NCBI GenBank assembly: GCA_018819405.1
Contig: JAHJQF010000001.1
Coordinates: 577,377 to 641,376 of the forward strand
Direction: 5' to 3'
From: Patescibacteria group bacterium
Lineage (GTDB): Bacteria > Patescibacteriota > Patescibacteriia > UBA1558 > GWA2-36-10
Length of the DNA stretch: 64,000 nt
The notes under the pieces are model-generated. The model saw nothing but the letters and a program-made list of their open reading frames with translations. It was not told where the DNA came from and did not search any database. Within the stretch, counting starts at the first letter, position 1. The number at the start of each line of letters is the position of its first letter. Below are positions 1 through 9,777 of this stretch, one piece after another. The position numbers were made by a program, and so were the translations under genes.

Positions 1-2
1 CC

Positions 3-248
3 TGGTTCAACTTAGTCCAGTCCGATGATTTGGGCAGAGTAAATTTTGGTATGATAGTTGATAAGGTTTACCAGGGTATGGGCTATGGCCAACAGATAAT
101 GGAGATTATAGAAAATGAAGCCAAAAAATTGGGAGCCAAAAAGATAAGATTAGGAGTTTTCCAAGATAATAATCCAGCAGTTCATATATATAAAAAGTTT
201 GGATTTAAGGAAACTGGTAAAGTGATAAACATGGAAAAGAAATTATAA
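3..248 (+). CDS. GNAT-family N-acetyltransferase (5' truncated by window edge)
   Basis: Frame open from position 3; acetyl-CoA motif YQGMGYG and C-terminal N-x-x-A-x-x-x-Y-x-K-x-G-F (NNPAVHIYKKFGF). Confidence 0.85.
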   Translation, partial: WFNLVQSDDLGRVNFGMIVDKVYQGMGYGQQIMEIIENEAKKLGAKKIRLGVFQDNNPAVHIYKKFGFKETGKVINMEKKL

Positions 249-256
249 TTTTAGAT

Positions 257-736
257 ATGACCGAAGAAAATAAAAAATATTTAAAATTTGGCAAATACAC
301 AGCTAATTGCTCGGAGGAGCTTTTAGGTAAAATTAAAACTTTAAATTTAGATAAAGTAGACAAAGACACTGTTCATAAAATTTTTAAACTTATTAGACAA
401 GAGTTTGATCCAAGATTACACAAGGTTGAAATAGTGAATGATCTTGCAAAATCCCGATTTATTTCGGCTAAAGATTTATATAGTAAAAGACAATATTCTT
501 GTGGTTCTTTAGCAACATTGGTTGCTTCTATCCTTCGAACTTTAGGTGTGCCAAACAAGCTAATCGATGGAAAATATATAAAAGATAATCCAAATATGAG
601 ACATGCTTGGAATGAAGTATATTTATTAGATCAGGGAAAGTTTGTGGCCTTTGATATAACTAAACCGGGGTTTTCATTGAGTAAATATCATATAAAAGAA
701 GGTGAATACATTGATTGGGAGGATTTAGAAATATAA
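257..736 (+). CDS. Transglutaminase-like cysteine protease-fold protein
   Basis: Putative Cys-His-Asp triad: SCGSLA ... HAWNEVY ... FD. Confidence 0.75.
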   Translation: MTEENKKYLKFGKYTANCSEELLGKIKTLNLDKVDKDTVHKIFKLIRQEFDPRLHKVEIVNDLAKSRFISAKDLYSKRQYSCGSLATLVASILRTLGVPNKLIDGKYIKDNPNMRHAWNEVYLLDQGKFVAFDITKPGFSLSKYHIKEGEYIDWEDLEI

Positions 737-753
737 AAAATGATCCAAAAGAA

Positions 754-1341
754 ATGCCTAATAAAAGTAATATATTAGAAGCAGAAGCAAAATTTAGATG
801 TAAAGATATTGATAAATTGAAATCTTTGTGCCAGAAGTATAATTTTCGAAAAAAAGACTTAATCAAAGAAATAGATGATTATTTTACCGACAAAGAAAAA
901 ACTTTTATAAGAGATAGAGTATGTTTGAGGTTCCGTGATAAAAATGGAAAGAAGGAATTCACGTATAAGGGTAAATCGGAGTCAGATTCTAATCTTTTTA
1001 TTAAAAACGAATATAATATACAAATGGACCAATCCGAATATAAAGAGAAAATAAGATTTTTAGAATCACTGGGTTTTTATAAATATGTCACGGTTATTAA
1101 AAAAAGAGAGGTGTATACTCAAGTTGATGGGCATTATACCAAGAATGTTATGTTTGATAATGTAGAGGGAGTCGGTAATTTTGTGGAGTTTGAGATTATA
1201 ACTCAAAATAAAGATATATCAGATCAAAATGTAATAAAAAATAAGCTGAATCAATTTATTGATAATTTTAGAGAAGTTGGTTTAGAAAAAGCCGATCTTC
1301 CGTATAGAGATTATGTATCAGAATCAAAAGGTATAGAATAG
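754..1341 (+). CDS. cyaB: CYTH-domain protein (class IV adenylate cyclase-like)
   Basis: ExExK motif (EAEAKF), LRFR, FTYKG, KKREVY, FDNVEGVGNFVEFE; ATG at 754 preferred to the overlapping start at 715. Confidence 0.8.
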   Translation: MPNKSNILEAEAKFRCKDIDKLKSLCQKYNFRKKDLIKEIDDYFTDKEKTFIRDRVCLRFRDKNGKKEFTYKGKSESDSNLFIKNEYNIQMDQSEYKEKIRFLESLGFYKYVTVIKKREVYTQVDGHYTKNVMFDNVEGVGNFVEFEIITQNKDISDQNVIKNKLNQFIDNFREVGLEKADLPYRDYVSESKGIE

Positions 1342-1347
1342 ATATAT

Positions 1348-1506
1348 ATGAAAAATAAAAAACACAATTTAATTTATCAGATTGCATGGTTGTTTATTAT
1401 TATTCTGATATTGTTTGGGTGTTTGATATTGGCTGTTCCCTGGTGGGTATTTTCAGGAATAAAGAATGTAATCACCAGAGAAGAGCAGTACGCAGTATAT
1501 TGGTAA
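1348..1506 (+). CDS. Small 52-aa single-pass membrane protein
   Basis: Read by hand: MKNKKHNLIYQIAWLFIIILILFGCLILAVPWWVFSGIKNVITREEQYAVYW; fills the gap between two + strand genes. Confidence 0.5.
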   Translation: MKNKKHNLIYQIAWLFIIILILFGCLILAVPWWVFSGIKNVITREEQYAVYW

Positions 1507-1544
1507 AATAAAAACAGGCAAGCTAATAATTAGTTTGCAAAGGA

Positions 1545-2699
1545 ATGAAAAAAAGCGATTTTGGGAGCATAATTTTTATGTTTTGCACTTTGATAATGAT
1601 TGTTCCCCGGCAGATCTTGGCTGTCGGGGACGCAGTCAAACAAATAACTGATAAAACAAAATATGTAGATCAGTATTTTGAGGTTAATCAAAATGGCCAA
1701 TTTAAATTGTATGTTTATTTAGGAGATCAAAAAATTGCTACTATAGATAATGATGATAATTATTTCAATTTGGACAACCATTTGAGCTCACATACCATTA
1801 TTACCAACCCGACGGGTCAAATAGTAGAGACAAATGATTATGATGATTATGGCAGTGTTATACACAGTGAATCATCAATAAATAATGATTATAAATTCAC
1901 TGGTAAGGAGTTTGATACAGAAACGGGCTTGCAATATTTTGGTCAGAGATATTATGATAGTGATGTTGGCAGATTTGCTAGTATTGATCCTTTGCTTATA
2001 TCTGAGATAAATCAATTTTTGTCTGATCCGCAACAGCTCAATAGCTATAGCTACAGTCGTAATAATCCAATTAGCTTAGTGGATAAGACAGGGGAAAAAG
2101 TGTCTGAGTTTCAGCCATATTATAGTAGTAGCGGGTTTTATGAATACAGGCAGGATTATGGTAAATATAGAGGTATGGAATTGGTAAGTGCTGGCGAGTA
2201 TTCGGGACAAGGTTGGCATGATTATCAATGTGTCGATTGGGTTAAAAAATTTGTGAATGACCAATATAAAGTTGAATTAGGCAGCATAGGTAACGCCAAT
2301 TTTTATAGTAAACAATCAAGTTTTAATGATTTTAATAAGAGTCACGACGGACAATATACTGTTTATAAAAATAATAGCAGTATAATGCCTCAAGAAAATG
2401 ATATTTTGACTTGGTCAGGTGGCGATTATGGACACGTAGGTATAATTGCGGAAGTAAGTTTTGATGGAAATTCTAATATAGGTTATGTTTATACATTAGA
2501 GCAGAATTATAGCGGTAAACAGGGACTATATAGTCAATCATTTGTTCGTTCATACAATGATAGTGGTCAGCCAGAATATACAGTAAATGATAGAGGTGGA
2601 TTAAAAGTTCAAGGATGGGCACGCTATAGTCAGCAGACTAGTATTCCATATAGTAATATATTATATACTCCCGCTCCGGGAAATTATATTTATGAATAG
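1545..2699 (+). CDS. Short Rhs-core protein with N-terminal signal-like segment and C-terminal CHAP (peptidoglycan amidase) domain
   Basis: Rhs core YKFTGKEFDTETGLQYFGQRYYD...NNPISLVDKTG; CHAP motifs YQCVDW, GHVGII, LEQN. Confidence 0.85.
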   Translation: MKKSDFGSIIFMFCTLIMIVPRQILAVGDAVKQITDKTKYVDQYFEVNQNGQFKLYVYLGDQKIATIDNDDNYFNLDNHLSSHTIITNPTGQIVETNDYDDYGSVIHSESSINNDYKFTGKEFDTETGLQYFGQRYYDSDVGRFASIDPLLISEINQFLSDPQQLNSYSYSRNNPISLVDKTGEKVSEFQPYYSSSGFYEYRQDYGKYRGMELVSAGEYSGQGWHDYQCVDWVKKFVNDQYKVELGSIGNANFYSKQSSFNDFNKSHDGQYTVYKNNSSIMPQENDILTWSGGDYGHVGIIAEVSFDGNSNIGYVYTLEQNYSGKQGLYSQSFVRSYNDSGQPEYTVNDRGGLKVQGWARYSQQTSIPYSNILYTPAPGNYIYE

Positions 2700-3219
2700 T
2701 AAAAAAACAATATTAATTATAATTATCGTATTGGCAGCTATAATTTATTTTTATTTAAATTTTTATAAAAATAATAAAAAGCCCATTGGTTCTAATAACA
2801 TAAATGTCATAAATTTTCAGTCAGAAAATCAAGAATCTCCTGAAGGGTATAAAAAATTTGTTTCTCAAAATGAAAAATTAATCTTTTTTTATAAAAATGA
2901 TTGGGAATGCAGCGAAGTGGTTTATGATAAAAGAGTGGATTGTTATCCTATAGATAGGATCATGGAGGAATATGATTCAGGTCTAGATAAACAAATTGTA
3001 TATTATCCTGACATAAGTATTTATGACGAGAGTGATCTATGCTCTTTGGTCGTTGACCAAGAAGAATTATTAAAAGCAGAAAAGGAGCCGCTAGTATATA
3101 ATGAATATGGTGAAAATTATTATGGTCTTTTTTATAAAAAATTTAATAATTGTATGACAAAGATTATAACATTGCCCTACATTGATTCTCAAGAAAAATT
3201 AGAAGAAATAATAAGATAA
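2692..3219 (+). CDS. Membrane-anchored hypothetical protein, candidate immunity/partner of the CHAP toxin
   Basis: Overlaps the toxin stop by 8 nt; N-terminal TM helix; acidic soluble domain with 4 Cys. Confidence 0.55.
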   Translation: MNSKKTILIIIIVLAAIIYFYLNFYKNNKKPIGSNNINVINFQSENQESPEGYKKFVSQNEKLIFFYKNDWECSEVVYDKRVDCYPIDRIMEEYDSGLDKQIVYYPDISIYDESDLCSLVVDQEELLKAEKEPLVYNEYGENYYGLFYKKFNNCMTKIITLPYIDSQEKLEEIIR

Positions 3220-3263
3220 TTTTACCCCGTTAAATATATTTTCATAAATTAATCACAAAGCAT

Positions 3264-6200
3264 ATGACAAGCATGAGAAAAATTAATAAATCCAGACTAG
3301 TAATATTATTTTTGATGTTTAGTCTGGTTTTTTCTAGTGTAGCGCCAAGTTTGGCACAGGCTAGAGAAATACTCACTCCAGTGGAAGTAGTGCCAGTAGA
3401 AGATTCAAAAGAAACAGGTATTCCTGTGGTGGAGATTTTGCCTTTGCCAGTAGAGGAATATCCTATTAATGATAAGCCTGTAGATATTGAGCCAATTATT
3501 GATGAGCCGGTTTTGTCACCAGAAGAGCGACTGGAAACACTTTTAGAAGATCCGCCAGCCGATATAACTTATTTGGATAAAGATGAGAAAAAACTGGCTA
3601 ATAAGAAATTAAATATAGATGTTGATAATAATACAGGTGCTTTAATTTATAATTATCCTATTCAAATTCCTTCAGGCCGTAATAATTTTCAGACAGATAT
3701 CAGTTTAACTTATAATAGCCAAGATAAAGAGACACATAATTTATTTGGTTTAGGATGGTCGGTAAACATTCCCAGTATAGAGGTAAGCACTAAACGGGGC
3801 GTTTATTATATGTATAGTAATTACGATTATATCTCATCTATGAGTGGTGAGTTGGTGCCGGTGGGCGCTGTCACTCCGTATGGTAATTATGGCGCTCGGG
3901 TTGAAAACGGCGACTATTTACAATATGAATTTTCTAGTATTACTAATGCTTGGACAGCGACCGATAAACAGGGGATAGTTTATAAATTTGGATCCAGCTT
4001 ATCTAGTCGTCAGGATAACCCTGAAGGACCGAGTATGATATATAAATGGATGCTAGAAGAGGTAAGAGATACAAATGACAATTATATTCGCTATGAATAT
4101 TATAAGGATCAGGGGCAGATTTATCCAGCCAAGATATTTTATACAGGGCACGGTAGCACCGATGGGATTTTCGAAATAGATTTTATCAGAGAGTCTCGTC
4201 TAGATGATTTGGAATCTTATGATAGTAGGTTTTTGGTCAAGAATAATTATCGTATTTCTGAAATACAAATAAAAGTGAATGGCTCTTGGGTCAAAAAATA
4301 TAATTTTAATTATACAGTTGGGGAAAATGGGTCTTTATCAATTTTGGACAACATTGTGGAAAGTGGTAGAGATGAAACAAGTGGACAAGTGATAACATTA
4401 CCCAGTGATGATATGAGTTATAGCCAGGATTTAGAAAGTTGGCAAGGTGGAATAGATTGGAATTTTCCAGTTGGTTTTATTAGTGACAATGGCTATCAGT
4501 CTTTTGATCTGGGCGTACGCATGGCTGATATCAATGGCGATGGATTGACCGATATAGTCAAAGGTTATAGAGATATAAAAGAAATTTATATTAATCATTA
4601 CCCCGATTGGAGTACTAGTACCACTTATTCATTGCCAGATTCTTTTATTTCGGGGGACAATTTTGATGATGGTTTGAGATTGGCCGATGTGAATGGGGAT
4701 AATTTAGTGGACTTGATAAAAGCTGTATATCTTCAGGACGAAGTTAGAGAAATCAGAGCGGTCTATATCAATAATGGTACAAACTGGGTTTTGGATCCTT
4801 CTTGGATTTTTCCTTTGAATTTTGTCAGGCATGATGATTCGGGTGCGGGTATAAGAAGTTTTGATTTGGGTACGCGTATGGCCGATATCAATGGTGACGG
4901 TTTGGTTGATGTGGTATTGGGTTCAAATATAGAAACAAACAAAATTTATATTAATAATGGACATGGTTGGGATTTGGAAACAAATTATACTTTACCTACT
5001 TATTTTGTAGATTCGGATCAGGACGCGGGCACTCGTTTTATGGATGTTAATAGTGATGGTTTGATAGACATTGTCAGAGGAGTGAATGCTTATGGTGCAG
5101 GAGGTGGAAATCAACATAATGAAGTTTATATTAATAATGGGCATGGTTGGGAACTGAATTTAAATTATAGTCTGCCCACTTATTTTGTAAATTTTGATGG
5201 TAGTTGGTATACAGATTATGGTACTAGATTATCAGATATCAATGGGGATGGTTTGATTGACATTCTTCGTGATATATATCCTGATACTTCCGAGGTTTAT
5301 ATTAATACGGGTCAAGGTTGGCATTTAAATAATAATTATTACATATTGAGTCATTTTTTAGGAGGGTCATTTATGATAGACCAAGGGGTTAGACTTTTTG
5401 ATATCAATGGTGACGGGCAAGATGATTTTATAAGAGCTAAAGAGGCTTATCCCAGATATGTTCATGTAAGTTTAGCAAATAAAGAAAATTTAGAAACAGT
5501 TAATAATTCTCGTGGCAGTCAAATTAATTTGGAATATCAGTCAGCTACTCAATATATAGACAGCCCAGACAATCTACCTAATCCCGACTTACCATTTAAT
5601 ATAGAGACAGTCAAAAATATTGTTATAGACGATGGTTTGGGAGGTATTGCCACTACTACCTATAGCTATAGTGGGGGAGACTACTATTATGCTGATCCAT
5701 ATGATAAAAAGTTTGCTGGCTTTGCAGAAGTAGAAAAAACAATTGGTAATCAGAAAACCACCACTTACTATCACCAAGGTAATGTTAGTGATTCTAGTCA
5801 AGGAGAATATCAAGATAGCTACTATAAGATTGGTAAGCCATATCGCCAAGAAATATATGATAATAATACCAATGGATTATTGAATCAGAATATTTACAAA
5901 TGGGAAGAAACCGACTTAGGGCATAATAATAAATTTGTATATAATTCTCAGAAGGCGTCTACTGATTTTACGCAAAGCATTCAATCAACAGCTGTGCAAA
6001 ATGAATATGATTTTAGCACGGGAAATTTACTTACTGAGCATAGTTTGGGTCAAGTGCAGGTAGATACTGCAACTGGTGAAATTTTGGATCAAGTAATTGG
6101 CGATGAAAAAGACACAAATTATGATTACGCCCAAAATACAACCAAACATATTTTAGCAGCTCCAAAAACTAAAATTATATCGAACACTTCTGATAGTAAG

Positions 6201-9200
6201 GAACAAAATCTATACTATGATAATTTACCATTAGGTCAAATAGAAAAAGTCAATTTGACTAAAGAGGACTATATAGAACAAGGCGTAGAAATAAATAGAA
6301 ATTTTAACAGTTATGGCTTGGTGTCTGAAGAAATTAGTCCAGAGGGTGATTCTACTGCTATTGTTTATGATAGCTTAAATCTTTACCCATCAGAAATTAC
6401 CAACGTCTTTAATCAAACTACCTATACGGAATACAATTTGCTTAATGGGCAACTTGCCACCTCCACTGCACCTAATGGAATGCTGACGATTAATAGTTTT
6501 GACGCTTTTGGTCGGCTGGTAGAGGTAAAAATTTCGGACCCAGATAATCCCACTACAACATTTATTAAACAAGAAATTGAATACCAAGATCCTTTTGTAT
6601 TTTTTAGATATAGTGACGATACAGGCTGGTTGTCTCCAACACAAACCGGAAAATACTATAATCAATTTTATAATCCAAGTAATGCTTATGCTAGTGACGA
6701 TATTTATACTACAGCCAGAGATTTTGGTAATGGTGGTTCATCAAGATTTCAATCATACGAAGGATTTAATATAAATCTTCCAGCTGCCTCTGAAATAATT
6801 GGCTTTGAAGTAATGAGTGAACATTTAGTAGATAATACTACCGATGTTGATGAATCTATAAGGTACTATTCTGCTAGTAATGGGGTTTGGTCAGATCCCC
6901 GATTTTTATCAGTTTCTACTATTGATCATGTAGATACAGTGGGAGGTTCCGATGATATTTGGGCATTAAACCCCGTAAGCTCTGATTTTATTAATGATAA
7001 TTTTTCAGTAAATTATTCTGGTTCTCGGCTTGATGGTGGGGATACTACTTGGTTTTTAGATGATATAAAAATTAAGGTTTATTATGGTGTAAATACTGAG
7101 ATAGGCTACAAAGAAACCAAAGACTATTTTGATGCCACTAGCTACATCATTTCTCGTGAATACTACGATGGCCTATATAGAGTAGTGCAAAAGAAATCTC
7201 AAACTGCTACTGCCAATCAGTATGCTACAGTAGATATCAGCTATGATTCTCAGGGTAGAGTAGATAGGCAGTCATTGCCATATATTACTTCTACTTTGGA
7301 ATATACAACAGCAAATCTTAGTCAACCAGCCAAGACCTATACCTATGATGCCTTAGATAGAGTATTGTCAGAAGCTACTCCAACTGGCGTGACCAGTTAT
7401 GAATATGATGGCTTCAAGACTACTATCACTGATCCAAACGGCAATATCAAAGAGCTAACCAAAGACGCCTACGGCAATTTGGTGGAAGTCAAAGAGCATA
7501 ATGATTCTAATATATATACCACTAGTTATGACTATACTTTGACCAACAAATTGGAAAAAATCACTGACAGTCAGGGTAATATTAGAAATTTCCACTACGA
7601 CGCCTTAGACAATCTAGACTGGCAGGATATGGTGCATTTATCATCAGTAGCCGATCCTGAGAAAATACAGTACACTCATGACAAAAATGGCAATGTGCTG
7701 ACTGAGACTAGCTTCAAGGGAGACGCTATTTCCTATGAGTATGATAGTTTAAATAGAGTGTTGTATGAAAAATTAGATAATAGTCCAGTTATTAGTTATG
7801 CCTACGATCAAAATGGTGACATTGGTCAGCTGTCTTTTGTAGATTATGGTGGAGGTAATTCCAAGGCCTATGACTATGATATACTAGGACGACTTACCAC
7901 AGCTACCACAACTATTGAAAATGAAGTCTTTGTCATGAAATATGACTACAATTTAAATGGTGACATCAAAGAAATACAATATCCAAATGCTTGGAAAGTA
8001 GCTTATAGTTTTGATTCCATTGGCCAAGTAAATGGTGTGTCTCTTGATAAAGGTCAGGGTCCAATGAGTATAGTAAATAATATTGTTTACAACCAAAATG
8101 GCCAGATGACTCATCTGGAGCGCGCCAATGGCGTAGTTAGTGATTATACTTATGATCCTCAGCAAAATTTCCGTTTAACTGATTTGATTAGCACTCAAGG
8201 TGCTACAACTTTGCAAGACATATCATATACTTATGACAATATCGGTAATATCACAAATATCACTGACAGCTCTGACACTGACTTGGCCAAGAGCGTGGAT
8301 TATGAATACGATGACTTCTACAGACTGGCATCGAGTACAGTCAGCTATGTCACTCATCCGGCTGACAATTATTCACGAGAGTATCAGTATGATCAGGTAG
8401 GCAATATGACCTACAACTCAGAACTAGGTACAATGAATTATGCCTTTGACAATCCACACCAGTTGTCCAGCTATGGTAGTCGCAATTTTAGTTATGACGA
8501 CGCTGGTAATATGTATTTAAATGGTGGTATTAGCAAATTTTCTTGGGACTGGAGAAATAGACTCAAAAACAGCTATGACATTGCTACCACCAAAAATAGC
8601 TATTATCAATATGACCACAACAATCAGCGCTTCTTGAAATACACTGAAGATTATGTATTTATTCCTCCAGATTTGGAAGATCCACCAATTGTGGGAATGA
8701 TGTCTTTATCTATGGACACTAGTGGAGGTACTTATGAACTCAGACGTGTCAAAGAAGATAAGTATGTAGATAAGTATTTTGAAAAAGACTTGTCTGATAA
8801 TGAAAAAAGCCACCTATTCCTAGGTAGTACCAGAGTGGCTAGTTTAAAAAATAATGATAATCCATATTATTATATATCTGATCATCTAAGCTCCAATAAT
8901 ATTATTACTGACAATTCGGGCAATACCCTTGAATTGAGTGATTATGAGCCTTATGGTAAAATAAACTATGAAACAGGTTCTTCAGAAAACAACTTCAAAT
9001 TTACCGGCAAGGAAATTGATGAAGAAAATGCCTTGCAATACTTTGGGGCGAGGTATATGGATAACCAGACTGGACGATTTACGACGGTGGATCCGGCTAC
9101 TCTTATACTTCACGATGGTCAGAAGTTGAAAGAGATTACCAGAGGTGATCTAGAGAGATTGTTGGCTAATCCGCAGAACCTTAATAGCTATGCATATGCG

Positions 9201-9776
9201 TTGAATAATCCAGTGATAATGAAGGATGATACTGGTGAGTTTGCATTTTTGGCTGTAGTCGCCGTTGCTTGGATTGCTGCTGAAGTAGGTTTTAGTGCGT
9301 GGGATGCTTATGATGCTGGTAATGCGTGGTTTGGTGAGGATACTAGTTCAAAAGAAAAGACATCATCTGGTGGATTCCTACTAGTAGGGTTGGCATTACC
9401 TGGTGGTGGGTATGGGCACATTGATGAAGGTGTTGATGTATTAAAAACGGTCGATAAAACAATTGGCAAATCAATTGATAACGCTGTAAATAAAATTGGT
9501 AATACAGTGTCAGATCATCTTACTAAAATGGATTATGCAGGCTTTATAAGAGATCTGAGTAAGGCACCAGTTTGGAGCAATAATTTAGGCAGGAATTTTG
9601 ACCATTATGATGAAGTTATGTCCGCCTATAAAGGTTTGCAAAATAATGTATCAAAGCTTACAAGATATTTAGATAATTATAATTTAGATAAGAAAACAGT
9701 CGACAGCGTTAACAAAGCTATTGATACAGCTAAAAGTCACATAGACAGAATAGATAATATATTAAAATCACATTAG
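3264..9776 (+). CDS. Large secreted Rhs/YD-repeat polymorphic toxin (SpvB-like N-terminus, FG-GAP repeats, TcdB-mid-like region, Rhs core, Ntox28-like tip)
   Basis: Signal peptide; SpvB-like GLGWS and WMLEEVRDTNDN; repeated ADINGDGLxD; FAGFAEV; YD repeats; core FTGKEID...NNPVIMKDDTG; tip DHLTKMDYAG...FDHYDEV. Confidence 0.9.
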   Translation: MTSMRKINKSRLVILFLMFSLVFSSVAPSLAQAREILTPVEVVPVEDSKETGIPVVEILPLPVEEYPINDKPVDIEPIIDEPVLSPEERLETLLEDPPADITYLDKDEKKLANKKLNIDVDNNTGALIYNYPIQIPSGRNNFQTDISLTYNSQDKETHNLFGLGWSVNIPSIEVSTKRGVYYMYSNYDYISSMSGELVPVGAVTPYGNYGARVENGDYLQYEFSSITNAWTATDKQGIVYKFGSSLSSRQDNPEGPSMIYKWMLEEVRDTNDNYIRYEYYKDQGQIYPAKIFYTGHGSTDGIFEIDFIRESRLDDLESYDSRFLVKNNYRISEIQIKVNGSWVKKYNFNYTVGENGSLSILDNIVESGRDETSGQVITLPSDDMSYSQDLESWQGGIDWNFPVGFISDNGYQSFDLGVRMADINGDGLTDIVKGYRDIKEIYINHYPDWSTSTTYSLPDSFISGDNFDDGLRLADVNGDNLVDLIKAVYLQDEVREIRAVYINNGTNWVLDPSWIFPLNFVRHDDSGAGIRSFDLGTRMADINGDGLVDVVLGSNIETNKIYINNGHGWDLETNYTLPTYFVDSDQDAGTRFMDVNSDGLIDIVRGVNAYGAGGGNQHNEVYINNGHGWELNLNYSLPTYFVNFDGSWYTDYGTRLSDINGDGLIDILRDIYPDTSEVYINTGQGWHLNNNYYILSHFLGGSFMIDQGVRLFDINGDGQDDFIRAKEAYPRYVHVSLANKENLETVNNSRGSQINLEYQSATQYIDSPDNLPNPDLPFNIETVKNIVIDDGLGGIATTTYSYSGGDYYYADPYDKKFAGFAEVEKTIGNQKTTTYYHQGNVSDSSQGEYQDSYYKIGKPYRQEIYDNNTNGLLNQNIYKWEETDLGHNNKFVYNSQKASTDFTQSIQSTAVQNEYDFSTGNLLTEHSLGQVQVDTATGEILDQVIGDEKDTNYDYAQNTTKHILAAPKTKIISNTSDSKEQNLYYDNLPLGQIEKVNLTKEDYIEQGVEINRNFNSYGLVSEEISPEGDSTAIVYDSLNLYPSEITNVFNQTTYTEYNLLNGQLATSTAPNGMLTINSFDAFGRLVEVKISDPDNPTTTFIKQEIEYQDPFVFFRYSDDTGWLSPTQTGKYYNQFYNPSNAYASDDIYTTARDFGNGGSSRFQSYEGFNINLPAASEIIGFEVMSEHLVDNTTDVDESIRYYSASNGVWSDPRFLSVSTIDHVDTVGGSDDIWALNPVSSDFINDNFSVNYSGSRLDGGDTTWFLDDIKIKVYYGVNTEIGYKETKDYFDATSYIISREYYDGLYRVVQKKSQTATANQYATVDISYDSQGRVDRQSLPYITSTLEYTTANLSQPAKTYTYDALDRVLSEATPTGVTSYEYDGFKTTITDPNGNIKELTKDAYGNLVEVKEHNDSNIYTTSYDYTLTNKLEKITDSQGNIRNFHYDALDNLDWQDMVHLSSVADPEKIQYTHDKNGNVLTETSFKGDAISYEYDSLNRVLYEKLDNSPVISYAYDQNGDIGQLSFVDYGGGNSKAYDYDILGRLTTATTTIENEVFVMKYDYNLNGDIKEIQYPNAWKVAYSFDSIGQVNGVSLDKGQGPMSIVNNIVYNQNGQMTHLERANGVVSDYTYDPQQNFRLTDLISTQGATTLQDISYTYDNIGNITNITDSSDTDLAKSVDYEYDDFYRLASSTVSYVTHPADNYSREYQYDQVGNMTYNSELGTMNYAFDNPHQLSSYGSRNFSYDDAGNMYLNGGISKFSWDWRNRLKNSYDIATTKNSYYQYDHNNQRFLKYTEDYVFIPPDLEDPPIVGMMSLSMDTSGGTYELRRVKEDKYVDKYFEKDLSDNEKSHLFLGSTRVASLKNNDNPYYYISDHLSSNNIITDNSGNTLELSDYEPYGKINYETGSSENNFKFTGKEIDEENALQYFGARYMDNQTGRFTTVDPATLILHDGQKLKEITRGDLERLLANPQNLNSYAYALNNPVIMKDDTGEFAFLAVVAVAWIAAEVGFSAWDAYDAGNAWFGEDTSSKEKTSSGGFLLVGLALPGGGYGHIDEGVDVLKTVDKTIGKSIDNAVNKIGNTVSDHLTKMDYAGFIRDLSKAPVWSNNLGRNFDHYDEVMSAYKGLQNNVSKLTRYLDNYNLDKKTVDSVNKAIDTAKSHIDRIDNILKSH

Positions 9777-9777
9777 T

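Noticed and set aside
4500-5460. Repeated GATATCAATGG units as a possible CRISPR or DNA repeat array
   Set aside because: They are in-frame FG-GAP protein repeats with degenerate DNA; no CRISPR array or cas gene is seen in the window.
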